From: Haliotis rufescens
Lineage: Eukaryota
DNA: 64,000 nt
NCBI RefSeq assembly: GCF_023055435.1
Contig: NW_025963835.1
Location: 2,418,001-2,482,000, forward strand
Direction of reading: 5' to 3'
Each line of letters begins with the position of its first letter. Positions within the stretch are counted from its first letter, which is position 1. Under the pieces are notes generated by a model that was not told the origin of the DNA, did not search any database, and was given only the letters and a program-made list of their open reading frames with translations. A program made the translations under genes and the position numbers. Below, one piece after another: positions 33,101-45,704 of the stretch.

Positions 33101-36100
33101 CTGAAAAAAAGAAAGAAAGATGGACAGACAGGCAGAGATGTGCAAGCATGCCACATGAGTAAACTAATCGTGAACCGATGCTAAACTCCCTACACATCAC
33201 TTCACCTAAAGATAGCGTGTGGTTAACTAGCCACTTAATGGCAACAGTCTGTCAATAACAGAATAGTAGACACAAAGTATAAGGCGGTGTAAACTTGTCA
33301 AAAGGGAGTTCACCGATATATCAACAATTATTCAGATGTATTTCTGGATAGATTCCTTGACTTACTTGTTTTCATACCAGACTCGCCAACCTACAGTCCC
33401 AAGCCAACTGTCGTCCCTGATACTACTGATACAAGTATCGAAAAAAGTGACCTTCTTTTCCGCTGTACGTTTCCCCCTTCGTCCAACCAAAGACTGTTCC
33501 ACCAGACCACGTGGTATGTCAACGACGTCGTTGTACACCAGCACCAACCTATGCTAATGGACACTGCCTACTTTGACAACACAGGGATCACTCAAGCGAA
33601 GCTTAGCGCAGAGGGAATAACACGAATCGGTTTCAATGTAAGTCACACGCAGCTTTTTATGACGTCTAAACACTTGGATAGTCGGTTTTAATACGATTTC
33701 TTTGTCTAGAAACAGTAGACACTATACAATAGTCACAACATGAACAATACTCGGTGTTATAAAAAGCTGAACGTTCACCAATCAGACTCAAAATAGACAA
33801 CCATTCGTGTAACAATATCTTTAGTCAAATCAAGTCAAATAAGATTACAATATTTGTAACTCAAATAGTAAGATTCAGTTTTATAAAAAGGGTGCTTTTG
33901 AAGTTAGATGTGTGTTTTTATATTGAGTCAATTACTGGCACAATATCATACTTGTTTTAACTCTGTATTTTCATGTCAATGAAGTATTCTTTGCACAACT
34001 GATGCTAAAAATAGAATTTCCATTTGTAGATAACATGTGAGGTTCGAGCTATGTACGGTGTCAGTATGCCTCCAGGTCCCACAGCTAGTTCCGATCCTTT
34101 TTATGTCGGATTTGAGGTAAGATGACATAGTTCTTTTCGTATCTTATCCCATCTTATTCCATTGCAGATAGTTTACTTTTCATAACACCCTGTATTGGTA
34201 TTTCAAATCATTCCAATTTCGTGATATCAACTTTAGCATTAGGAATCTAATGACACCATGATGATTAACAGGTATAGTTTAGGGCAGTATTACTTTTACT
34301 AATCTGGTTAGTTTCATGTGTTGTAAATGTATATACGCTGTTACGTTTGTCTCCCGCTTTGCTGTAGCTGTAATATTGCTAAAAGCTGCGTAAGACCTCA
34401 CTAACTGCTTTTATTTGATCAGTGCTAAAAGCTAAGGTAATAGGGGCCTAAACCTAAATTCCTCCTTAATGAATTAAAAACGTCGAACCACCAGAGAATA
34501 ACTAGAAATATCTGCCGAAACAGAGTGAGTGAGTTAAAATGTAACTGATATCTAGGTTGTAAAAGGTAAAATAGTGATACACATTTTATGAATGCAAACT
34601 GAATATCAGTAATGACACCACGTGGTTACATATTTTATAGCATTTGTTTTACACAGATCCTAACCAAAGAAATAACGATCAAGCAAGGTGAGACGGGACA
34701 GGTTCGAGTGCGAGCCACGGCGCCTTTCCGTTGCGGAAACCTGTCCGAGTCGTTTCCATCTTTTTGTTCCATGCGAATCGAGATACAAACTGCTGACTCA
34801 ACAAAAGGCTTTTCCCAGGCAGATTGCGCCATTTCCATACCTTATACACAGTGGAACCAACCCGTATCTGTTACTGTACATGGAACTATAACACCAACAT
34901 ATGGCAGAGGACGACTGGATTCTCTACTAGTTCTGAGGACTCCTGAAGCAAGCCTGCTATTTCCCTATTGGGCCAACCATGCTATTGGAACAGTAACGGT
35001 AAGATAGTTTTAGACACAAACGACAAAGAGCTGTAATCGTTAGATTACACATGCCACATTTTTAGTTGAATCTATTATATAAATAGGGGCGGTGGGGTAG
35101 CCTTTGAAGCGTTCGCACGTCGCACCAAAGACCTTGGTTCTATTGACATGGTTACATGTGAGGCAGATCGATTGTGTTTTCCTTCCAGATTTTGCTGGAT
35201 GATTGCTAAAAGTGGCGCCAAATCCCACCATGGTTATCTAAATCAGTTTCAAATGTCTTGTTGAGTAACTATGATTTCCTTTCCTTTCAGGTTACAGTAT
35301 TAAAAGATACAGCTCTGGTTAAAAGGAAATACTGCTCCTCCCAGAATGACCCATATGTACGGCAATTTGATAGGAAGTAAGTGCACAAGGTTATTCAGAC
35401 TTCCAATCTCCGGTTGGAGTTTTCATTATTGGCGTTAAGATTTTGGAACATTTTAGAGAAGTTCAATATGTATGCCTATAGGTCTACAAGTTATCACTAC
35501 CTGGGCAAAACATATATCCTTGCTGTTAAGTGTCTGTATGATTGTACATAACAACTCAAATGAATAACTAACAACGACTAGTTCTTCTCCTGTAGGCTAT
35601 ACCCTGTATCAGGTAATACCCCTACAGTCGCTGGCTGCAGCATAAAGTACAATACAGAATTCACTTACTGAAGGAGACGTAGTACAAGTCGATATGTACA
35701 AACAGGACCCCATTTCTCATTACGACCATCCCATTCTCAGACTTAGATCTTCATTCTGAAAGATCACTTTGAGGAACAGAGCTCCTTTAATGAACTGTGC
35801 TTAATCAAAACATATGTGTAATTAAAACGTATCAAATTGATCGAGAAAATATAAGTGTGATAATTCATTGTTTCTAACACAACGTATGTTTGACTTTTTG
35901 CAGACGTCTAACACTACAAATGAAGGGACGTTTTACATTATATAAACTGGCTAGTCGATTAATGGAGGTAATATATAACTTCTTTTTTTCTATATAGATA
36001 TAAAAACTACCATTTTTTCTGTTGCAAAAAAAAGACGCAAATGTGTCTCCACGACTGATGTGTTGACATGGAAGTATTGTCACTATATTCATTATGCTCA

Positions 36101-38439
36101 GGACCCGTGTAGATCCGGGGTGGAATAATTCTTCAGCAGCCAATTCTTGCCGTGAAAGGCGACTATGCTTGTCGAAAAGGCGACTGACGGGATCGGCTGG
36201 TCAGGCTCGCTGACTTGGTTGATGCATGTCATCCATCCCAATTGTGTGGATCGATGCTCACAATATCAATCACTGTATTGTCTGGTCCAGACTCGATTAT
36301 TTACAGACCGCCGTCATATAGCTGGAAAATTGCTGAGACGGCGCTAAACAACAAACCAACAAACCAACCAACCAATCATTATGATCAGGGAGATGCTGAT
36401 GATGCTTACTCCCCTACTCCAAACACCATCTAACAAATACAAGTACCAATCCTGAATCCCAAACCAACCCTCAACAATCAATTTTTTTCACTCACAATTT
36501 TATTATTGCGTGTATCATCAACATGGTAATGTGCATTTACAGATACAGATCGATGTAAGGAAATGTACTAAAGGTACTGGATACTGTAATTGTGGGGTAG
36601 CTGTTCAATCCGGGAAGACGGTGTTCTCCATAAATAGCTGCGATACCAACTCATGGAGAATACAACATCACGGCTGTGACGAATCAGACAACGCCATGGA
36701 AATAAGAAAGAGATTCAACGCTTATCAGGTAGGTATAAATGAAGTTGCATGTGTAGATAAATCATTATTTACTTCAAACTGCCTTTGACGGATATTAAAA
36801 GTTGGTGTCAATATGTAATTTTAAACTGAAAATTGTGACATAAGTAATTCCTTGTCATTCCTGTATCTAGATTAGATTGTTAAGAATATAAGACTGGGCA
36901 TGGTAGTTATCTGTATCATTGACATATGAACGCCTTAGTTTATCAAATGCACTGATATGTAGTCTTTTGGTTTTATTCAATTAGATAAACTTGCCAACCG
37001 GGGCACTAGTATCCGTCCATACCTACAGCATTCCTGGAACCGGGAAGAATGTCTTAAATGTTTGGGTTACTGGCACGGTCCTTGATACCTTGGCGAGTCG
37101 TGGTTTGTGCGGCCAGCTCTCTAACACACAGAGTGATGACTTAATCATGAGAGATGAGACATGGAGCAGCAACAGAAATACGTTCATCAATTCCTGGAGG
37201 TAAGGTTCCTTGAATGCATGTTATATTTTAACTATAGAAAGTTCAGAACGAAACACATGATCTAAGGGAATGCGTATTGTCTAGCGTAGTTATTTTTGTC
37301 GAATATGCGCACTTGACACATATATGCTACCATTTTTCAGAGTAGGGACGCACGACCTGTTTAACACCGATTATGTGAGAACACTTACAACGTTGCAACA
37401 GCCCCCAAAGTACTGCTTCTGCGAAGGCGGGAGTAACGTGAAATGTTCTTCTCTTTCGACGATGACCACTGTGGTCAGGCCAAAGCATTACAAGGACGTT
37501 CCCTGTGCCATACACGGCAACAGGAAGAAGCGAATGGTGCGGAACAGGAACATCGGCCACCGATACAAAAGGGTATTCATTATATTTTTGTTTTGATATT
37601 GAGGATCATCCCAAATGTATATTATAAATGTTCATTACTTTGTTCCCAGAAGACAATTCTGTATTCAACCCATATAAACATAAGTAAAAGTTTCTGCATA
37701 TAATTAATCGTGATTTAAATTATGTAACAGGGTTTGATTCGCATATATTGAATATACAATTTTTGCAAACATGTTTCAGTTGAAATCTCATTTTGTCATT
37801 CCAGCAAACTTCAGCAGAAGTGTGGAACAACCAGACAGCGGCTGAATTCTGCAACAATCTGTTCGCAGCGTCCACGACCGTCCAGCTGTGCAGCAACGTC
37901 CCAGGAGTCGACATCAACCGCAGCCGCGACGACTGCATCAGTGACATTATGGTAAATTATAAGTATAATACTTTATCGAAGGGCCAAACATATAACAATC
38001 TTTGGCAATACTAATGATAATGATGATAATAATAATATGGCTCGTTGTTTAGGTGACCTTAATAATTAAAATTCAGAGTATTTCTTTGCTTACGCTAATA
38101 ATGTCAATGATCAAGTTCTGAATATGACAATTCCATAACATTATGTGCATATTTACCATATTTGCAGCTCTCTGGCACAACTGACTTTCAAATGATGTCT
38201 ATCGGCACAGTTCGTACTTCCTGTGAGATGGAAGTATTTCTCAACCCCGATCTTTGGGTAACTGACCCCAACAACCCAGGGGCCCCTACTGTGTTTGACG
38301 CGATCACCAACAACGTCTGTCCCAACGACTGTAGCAACAGAGGCACCTGCAACAAAGGTATATATCACCACAAGTAAACTCAAGAGAGTTTATTGTTGAA
38401 ATCATTTAATTTTATACACTAATATTGGTGCCGTCACGA

Positions 38440-38473
<34 letters not shown>

Positions 38474-41400
38474 GCAGTAGACTCCAAGCCAAGAATTCAC
38501 TGAATATTGATAAAACTGGCGCAACTATAGGTCATTATGTAAAGCCATTTTACGACAAACCTCTTACTGAGCTGAAGGGGTCGTTGTCGACACAGGTACT
38601 AAAGAAATGTATTCCAGGTACGTTTCTGTATACAGAAATATACCCTTGCAAAAATCAAAATACAGAAACGTAACTGGTACCCTTAACGGTAGACGAGTCC
38701 ATATTCCCCAACCCGAAACCGACACTGGTTCATGTTGTAGTTCCGGTTCGCTTGATTACGGGTGCATGCGTGCATCGCGGAATATTAGACTAACGTTCGA
38801 ACGTCACTTTATGATACACTGGAATTTAGGTTAAGAAGATAATCGAAAAGTTCCTCCTGACGAACGCCTACTTCCATGATGAATTTAACCGCAGTTTGGC
38901 ATACAGGAAGTGACGAATATCTAATGAACCGGTTACGCGCATTGCACCCTGCGGCCCTGCGGCGGAATGGACTCACGCTAGGGTACGTTTCTGTACTTTG
39001 AATTTGGCTAGAGTACATTTCTGTATACAGAGAACGGCCCCTTCAGCCTTAATAATCATGTATTAATAAATAGAGTATGGTAAGTGAGCACAATAAGAAT
39101 GATATTGATCCAACACTTTCAGGACTGTGCATCTGCAGTGCCGGATTTGGCAGTGCTGACTGTTCAGTGGACTTGACCCAACCACCTGTTCTGGACGAGG
39201 TCGAGGACAACGGTCACTGTGACCTGGCTACCAGGAACTGCCAGATGTTGACAGTGTTTGGATTGACCTTTCTGGAAGATGCAGCAATCAAATGTCGAGC
39301 CACTAAATTCACGGTAGGTTGAAATAAGGCTAGTATGTTGTCCATCTGACAAAATCATCTTTTCAGGAAATAAAATGACTTAATATCTCTTGAACTGCTT
39401 ACCCAGGCTGAGCAGAGTATTCAACTTTTAATAATGATATTGCTAGTGGGCATGTAAACATAGGTGATAGTTTGTAGTACCATTGAATAAGAATATCCCT
39501 GTCAATAGTTAAGCAGTTGAGCGGTCTGAAGACTACTGTTTTTGACAATCGTTACAGATAAGTACAGGTGTATTAAGCACTTCAGCAAGTGATCCAGCTG
39601 GATTAACGCCGCCTTTCCAGTAATGTACTACCAAAAAGAATTTAGATAAGACCGGATTTATTCAATGACAATAGTTAATATGTCAGATCATGGCAAATTA
39701 ACTATTCTATGAAATAATCGTGTGTTCTGGTACGAGTCCGGACTAATGATGGTTTTACCATTTGACATGGCTGTAGGCTCTGAGACATTATACTGGACAG
39801 TCCTTGTCCCCTTAATTCCGAGTGGGTAACAACAAGTACCACCTTTGGGTATGGTTTGGGATCGAAACACCGACCTGTCGCTCTCCGGGTAGATGCCCTA
39901 TCCACCAGCCACGGACACGATCCACATGGGAATACTTGTACATGTTTTATACGTTCTTGTAGGTGGGCAATGGTGGATCCCTTAATGAGCCGGATACCCA
40001 GGTATCAGATGGTACTGAGCGGAGCTTGAGTGAAGTGGGGTGCCCTGTAAGGGTAGATTCACCCAGGGACATTGTCACAGCCTACAACATCTCCGTGGCC
40101 AACATTGACAACATCTACAGCGAGAGTGTCGAGGTTCTGGTATATGATGGCACGTGTGTGACTGTTGATCACGTGTCCAAAATCTGGACCGTAAAGGTAA
40201 GCCACAGACAATGAAGACTTAATAAATAAACGCTTTTATTATTCCTAAGAAAATATAATGCCGAGGTATAACCACGAATGCGCCAATCGTTCTGTCGACC
40301 TGTTTGAATCTCTTCTAAAATTAATTTACACTGATATAAACAAAATAACAAGAACATAACAGAGGTAGGACTGGGAGCAAAATTATATTTTTCCGGTACT
40401 TTTATATCTAATTATTTCGTCCACGAATTATACCTCCATCCCCTAACCCCATATTAACATAAAAGACTTTATTATTTGATCAAACAAATGAATATAGAGA
40501 TTACCTCAACCCTGACACAAACCGCGAAGGTCAACTTGAAGTGGGTGAGTGAGTATCCGCTTTTAGCAATGTTCCAGCAATATCACGGCGGGGGACACCA
40601 GAAATTGGCTTTACACATTGTACCGGGATCTTCGGCATGATTTGATCAAACAAATGAGTGTAGAGATTACCCCAACCCTGACGCTAACCCCGAAAGCCAA
40701 CTAGACGTTCGACAGATTTAACCCCAAAACGAAAGGATTAATATCTAGGACATTAAGATTACATTGTTTGCATTGGTAACTTTTCAGTACATTACCATAC
40801 TACATATTATGTTCTTGTCAGCGATCAATAAACTGAAAGTGTGCATTTTATGTATCAACAGAATGGATACACAGTGCAAAACGGCGTGTGCATCAGTAGA
40901 GACAGCTCAAGTAAGTGTCTTCAGATATCTTGGTCACAAAATGTTGCCATCAGCTGCAATTTCGTGTATCAGCAGAATCTATATTAACTGAAAGTCTTAG
41001 TCCAGTTTAAACCGAGGGATGGGTTAGTGAGATTTAAGCAGAAATGTAAATTGCGTCCTAACATAACTACTTCCACTGTGACCTCACATGAGCATCAGAT
41101 TTAATAAAGGTTTCAAATGTTAACACGATTGTTAAGGCAACACCCGTCACAAAAAAAGACCGCCTGCCTGGCCTAGTGGTAGAGCGACGGCCCGGAGAGC
41201 GGAAGATGAAGGTTTTATCCTCGGCCGCGTCACACCAAAAGACGTCTAAACATGGTATTTGATGTTACCCTGCAAAGGAATCGACATTAAGGGGCTAATG
41301 CAAGGACAGGTCGGCTCGGAATCAGTATACTCTATCTGCGTGGGATATTCGTGTTAAGCAGCTGCATGGTTTCTCAGTGGGATAGCACCATAAAATTGTT

Positions 41401-41898
41401 CCGGACAAGTACAAGCAGCCACACATACACACACACGCACACACACATACACACGCACGCATGCACGCACACACATATATTTATACACATACACACAAAA
41501 AGTTAATCCGGATTAAGCATTATCAATAACATGTTATATCGGGAAAGAAAATTTGGAGCACTTTTGAGAGTGATTCGGTTACATGGATTTATATATTGTT
41601 TACTTGGTAATGATATTTGTTTACCATATTACGAAATGTTACCTCCCTTTCACAGTCAAACATCTCTAATAAACGTTTTCCACTCACAGGCGGCCCCGAC
41701 GACACCACCACAACCCGATCGACGCCGACATCAACACCGACATCAACAACGACTTCGACGCCGACATCAACACCGATCAAAGACGTAACTGAATCAGTTA
41801 CTACCACAAACGCCAACTACAAAATCACCATGTCCTATGTTACACTCCTTGCCTCCCTTATATCTGGCGTCCTCTCACTGGCTTTGCGTGACTTATGA
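30170..41898 (+). CDS. VWDE: VWDE-like gene copy 2, intact, about 980 aa, predicted GPI-anchored surface glycoprotein. Exons 30170-30195, 30695-30771, 31113-31304, 32281-32427, 32807-32821, 33381-33637, 34030-34116, 34657-34998, 35291-35376, 35904-35967, 36543-36728, 36985-37199, 37341-37572, 37805-37951, 38168-38357, 39123-39313, 39963-40196, 40862-40910, 41690-41898
   Basis: All junctions are GT-AG and phase-compatible. Same domain order as copy 1, plus a complete exon 16 (..FGLTFLEDAAIKCRATKFT), a Thr-rich stalk and the hydrophobic C-terminus ITMSYVTLLASLISGVLSLALRDL*. The start could alternatively be the ATG at 30708. Confidence 0.88.
36103..36375 (+). mobile_element. Full-length family C retroposon specific to copy 2
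   Basis: Flanked by near-perfect TSD tcattatgctcagg / tcattatgatcagg, with an (AACC)n tail. Empty site at about 19060 and 61168. Confidence 0.85.
41159..41495 (+). mobile_element. SINE family B in intron 18 of copy 2, absent from copy 1
   Basis: gaccgcctgcctggcctagtggtagagcg... head, body matching 9351-9565, and a (CA)n tract. Confidence 0.8.
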
Positions 41899-44800
41899 AC
41901 TCCTCCTGTGACCCTCCTGTTGATCTCGGACATGATACAAGCCTCAAACGTTTCCGAGAACTTGTTCCATAAAAGGAATAACTCATGAATATTAATGACC
42001 CCACGACCTTGTTTGTCGACGTTCGTAGAAGTGAGTTCTGCTGTATTGCCATCGCATTTGTAATTTTAATCCAATTATAAGTGATAATACTTATTTTAAA
42101 TAGACAAAATAGCAGTTCTTAATGCGAGTTTGTTTACGTCGTACATATTCTCAACAACAAGTGCGTTTAGTTTCGAATGTGGGCCCACCTCGAACTTTCG
42201 ATTAGGCAAACGGAGTTAGCTCCCTTCTCGAACCACCGATAATGCGGTTTCGCCCTCAGGTTCATAGAACACAATTATGAAGTACGGATATTTGCAATCA
42301 TCACAACACACTGCAGTAAGAAGGTATGAAACATTAGCTACGTGTATACAGTATGTATGAATACGTGAATATTTAGATGTTCTATAAAAAAAATTCGAGG
42401 CAGTAGAACATAAAAGATATAGTTTGACAGTTTGCATATACTAATTATATTGCTGGAATTCCTAATAAAATGGTCAACATTGATGCTTTACACAGACATT
42501 TGAATTGGACAAACGACGCATGTCCTAACATTTAGGACATAAATAATGACACCTCATATTTGGTAAAATGTATATATTCTAATTTACAGAAAATACAGTG
42601 TCAAGCATTTCAGTCATCACTGATTTTCAGTGATTCATTCTTATAGTTCTCGTCGCGGTTTTGCGCCAAATGGAATCTGTTCGTTGGATAATCGAGATTG
42701 GATAATCTCTGGCGTTGAAGTTTTATATGGCCCATCCTACCAATTTCAAAATCTGAATAGCAAGAATAGTTACAAAGGTCTTTCCTTTGCTGTTCACATG
42801 CATCAATACCTGATTAAACTTAATAAATAAAACATATATATGGTGGGGTAGTCTAGCAGTTAAAGCGTTTGCTTGACATGCAGTCTGGTCGGGTTTAAAT
42901 CCCCACATAGACAGCAATGTGTGAAACCTTGATAGTCCTGAAATGGGTCCCCTTTGGTCTCTCATGTCTGTTTCCCAATTCCATATTTTGACACTTTATG
43001 ATACTTTTCTTCATTTTCAATCCGGAAAAAAACGTGTATGCCTAAATATCGAAGTTTTTTTTGGTACAAAATAGCACCTAACCACTCACTGATGAAGAGT
43101 TTTGCTATGGAAGTCCTTATTGTCGGTATGGTTGATGACAGATTCTTGAATGCTTGTCACAAAATGCTTCAAAATAAACGGATGGCTTTGTTCTGTTTTT
43201 GTGTTTGTTTATGAAAAGGATTCATAAATGAGCTTCATGTTTGGTGAGAGATGTTTTGAGTGAGTGAGAATGCCGCTGAGAACAATCTTTCAGCTTTATC
43301 AAGGCGTGTTAGCTTGATGTTGCAGAAAAGCCCGAGGTGCTGCATGTCTTAGATGTTTACCTCATTGCAGGTTTGTGCTGACAAACAAAGAAACGTAATC
43401 TGGTCGTATTTGGGACCCGAACTCACGATCGTAGGTTTCTGGCACTCGCAATGGACGCATCTTTCCACAGCCAATGTTTGAAGCGTGTCGTGTTAAGAAA
43501 GGATATATTAATTGTGGCTAGTTGTGAACTAAAACAACTATTCAAAGGTGAAAAACAAAACAATAATCAAAGGAGATTAAAAAGGAACAGTCGACAATAC
43601 GTTACGACTGCAACATTGGTATTCGGCGTTAAATTGCAGTGGGTAATACTTTTGCTGCTAAAGGGAACATTGAAACGAGGATCGAGATGCTGTTTCTGGT
43701 AATATATGTGTTCATTTCTATTGTATTCTTCGACGAATTTACAACAAACTACGCATTTTACAGTAACTGGCTTCTGCCTCAAGATTGTATATTTAGAATG
43801 CATGAGTGAGTGGATTGCGTTTGACATTGCGTTCAGCAACATTCCAGCAATATCACGGCTAGGGCATCAGAAATGGCCTTCCCACATTGTATGTTTGGAA
43901 TCAAACCAGAGACTTTCGCGTGACGTGCAAACGCTTTAACCACAGGCTTTCCCACCACCCATATGTAGGCATTTAACACCGACGTTAACTGCGCCATATC
44001 TGCATTGGTGGCGACAATACATTCACACTGTTCGTAATTCCTTGATTAAACCAGTCGCTATAATTGATCTTCCTTTTTATACTCTTTTGTGTCATAAAGA
44101 CGCTGTTTCAAATATGACAACACACCGCAAAAATATTATTGGGCATACTGAAACATATATTCCATAATTATATAATGTTAATATAAGTTGAAACGCGAAG
44201 TTTAACCCAGAAATTGATGTGTAGAGAACTAACTGAAGTCAGTAAATAACCACACATGATCAATGAATAATAAACAAACTATATTGAAACTTACAGGACC
44301 AGGTTTACAGTTCATAACAGGCAATACAATGTGTCCAACATGTGGCAGCAGCAATATACAATAGGCCCTATTACATCAGTCGGTGCACTCACGAATGTCC
44401 AGAATGTGTCAAAATTGAATATCTTGAACAAGCACGTGTTCCGTTCTTGAAACCAGGAAATCGCTTTGGAAGCAGGAGGAGCGTCGATGTTTCCTGATAG
44501 GTATCCCGTTCACTCATGGCAAGTAGATAAATCACAGGTCAGGTCGTAGGAAGAGGCCTAGAAACACCCTCGTTATCTTGGTTCCGCAATATACTTCAAG
44601 AAACTACTAGCGCCAAGCGTCTCGAATCATGGAGGATCGACAACTGTAACCAAGGACATCACAACGGTGTTCTCTATATCTGTATAGTAACGAAGGTGTC
44701 AAGCACTAGGATGGAGTTTGGAATATAAACAAGTTAAAAAACCACAGCTCCAAACTACTAGCTGTCAAAATCACTACTTAAGCTTGATATTTTGTTCAAG

Positions 44801-45704
44801 CACCTCAATCAATGTGCTTTCACTTAAAATCATCAGAAATAAAGTTACAGTAAATATCTGAAATCATAGGTTCCATAGGAAGCATTGTGGTTGTAGAGGA
44901 GATGAAGGAAATAACGACGAACGGATCCAATGTGTTTAAACATACTCTCCTAAAAAGTAATGGGTATGGAAAATATATGTTATGATCGGTCGTTAGACGA
45001 AATAACAGCTTTGAAAAATGACTGCCAGAGAACCATCCAACGCCCAAACACACCGGAAACATTGAACGCGGACTATCCAATTCCTCCGTGCACGTGATTT
45101 TGACTTTTCAGAACACGCACATCACTAAACAGCGATATGAAATCGTCTGTATGCTCGGCGACCATGCTCATGCACCGCTGTCAACAAATAGACAGAAGAA
45201 GAATACGAGGACAAGACTCCCTCAAACTGTCATTGGGAGATCAATTCGGAGCATGCAACGCCATGAAAACAGCAAAGCCCAACGGGTATTAGAATCTGCT
45301 AAAAAGTGCTAACAGTCACACAGAAATTAAAGAATGTATTGCAATTAGAATTGATATATGAAGTCCCAAAGACGATCTGAAGTATATTACACGTTCTATT
45401 TCTATAAACAGTGTGAGAGTACACTTCGGTGATTCAGTGTGAGCCACGTTCCTGATCCAATCACAGATTTGAGCAATGATGTCGACTCGAGAGGGCCAAG
45501 GGATGGGGAAAGCAAGTCAATACAAGTGCAGAGAATACAGAACTATGAGCGCAAACGGAAAGTATCAGGATCACCACCAGGTGTGATGAAGAATACAAAG
45601 TCAACTTTTTTCAAATGTGTTTTTCAAATGGAAAATGCCGAGCGAATGGATGAAGACCAGTATCAAACCTATCCCGAAATCATCATGTGTTTATAAATAT
45701 GAAC

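Noticed and set aside
38425-38673. Poly-Cys ORF
   Set aside because: It is a (GTT)n microsatellite plus a MITE in intron 15.
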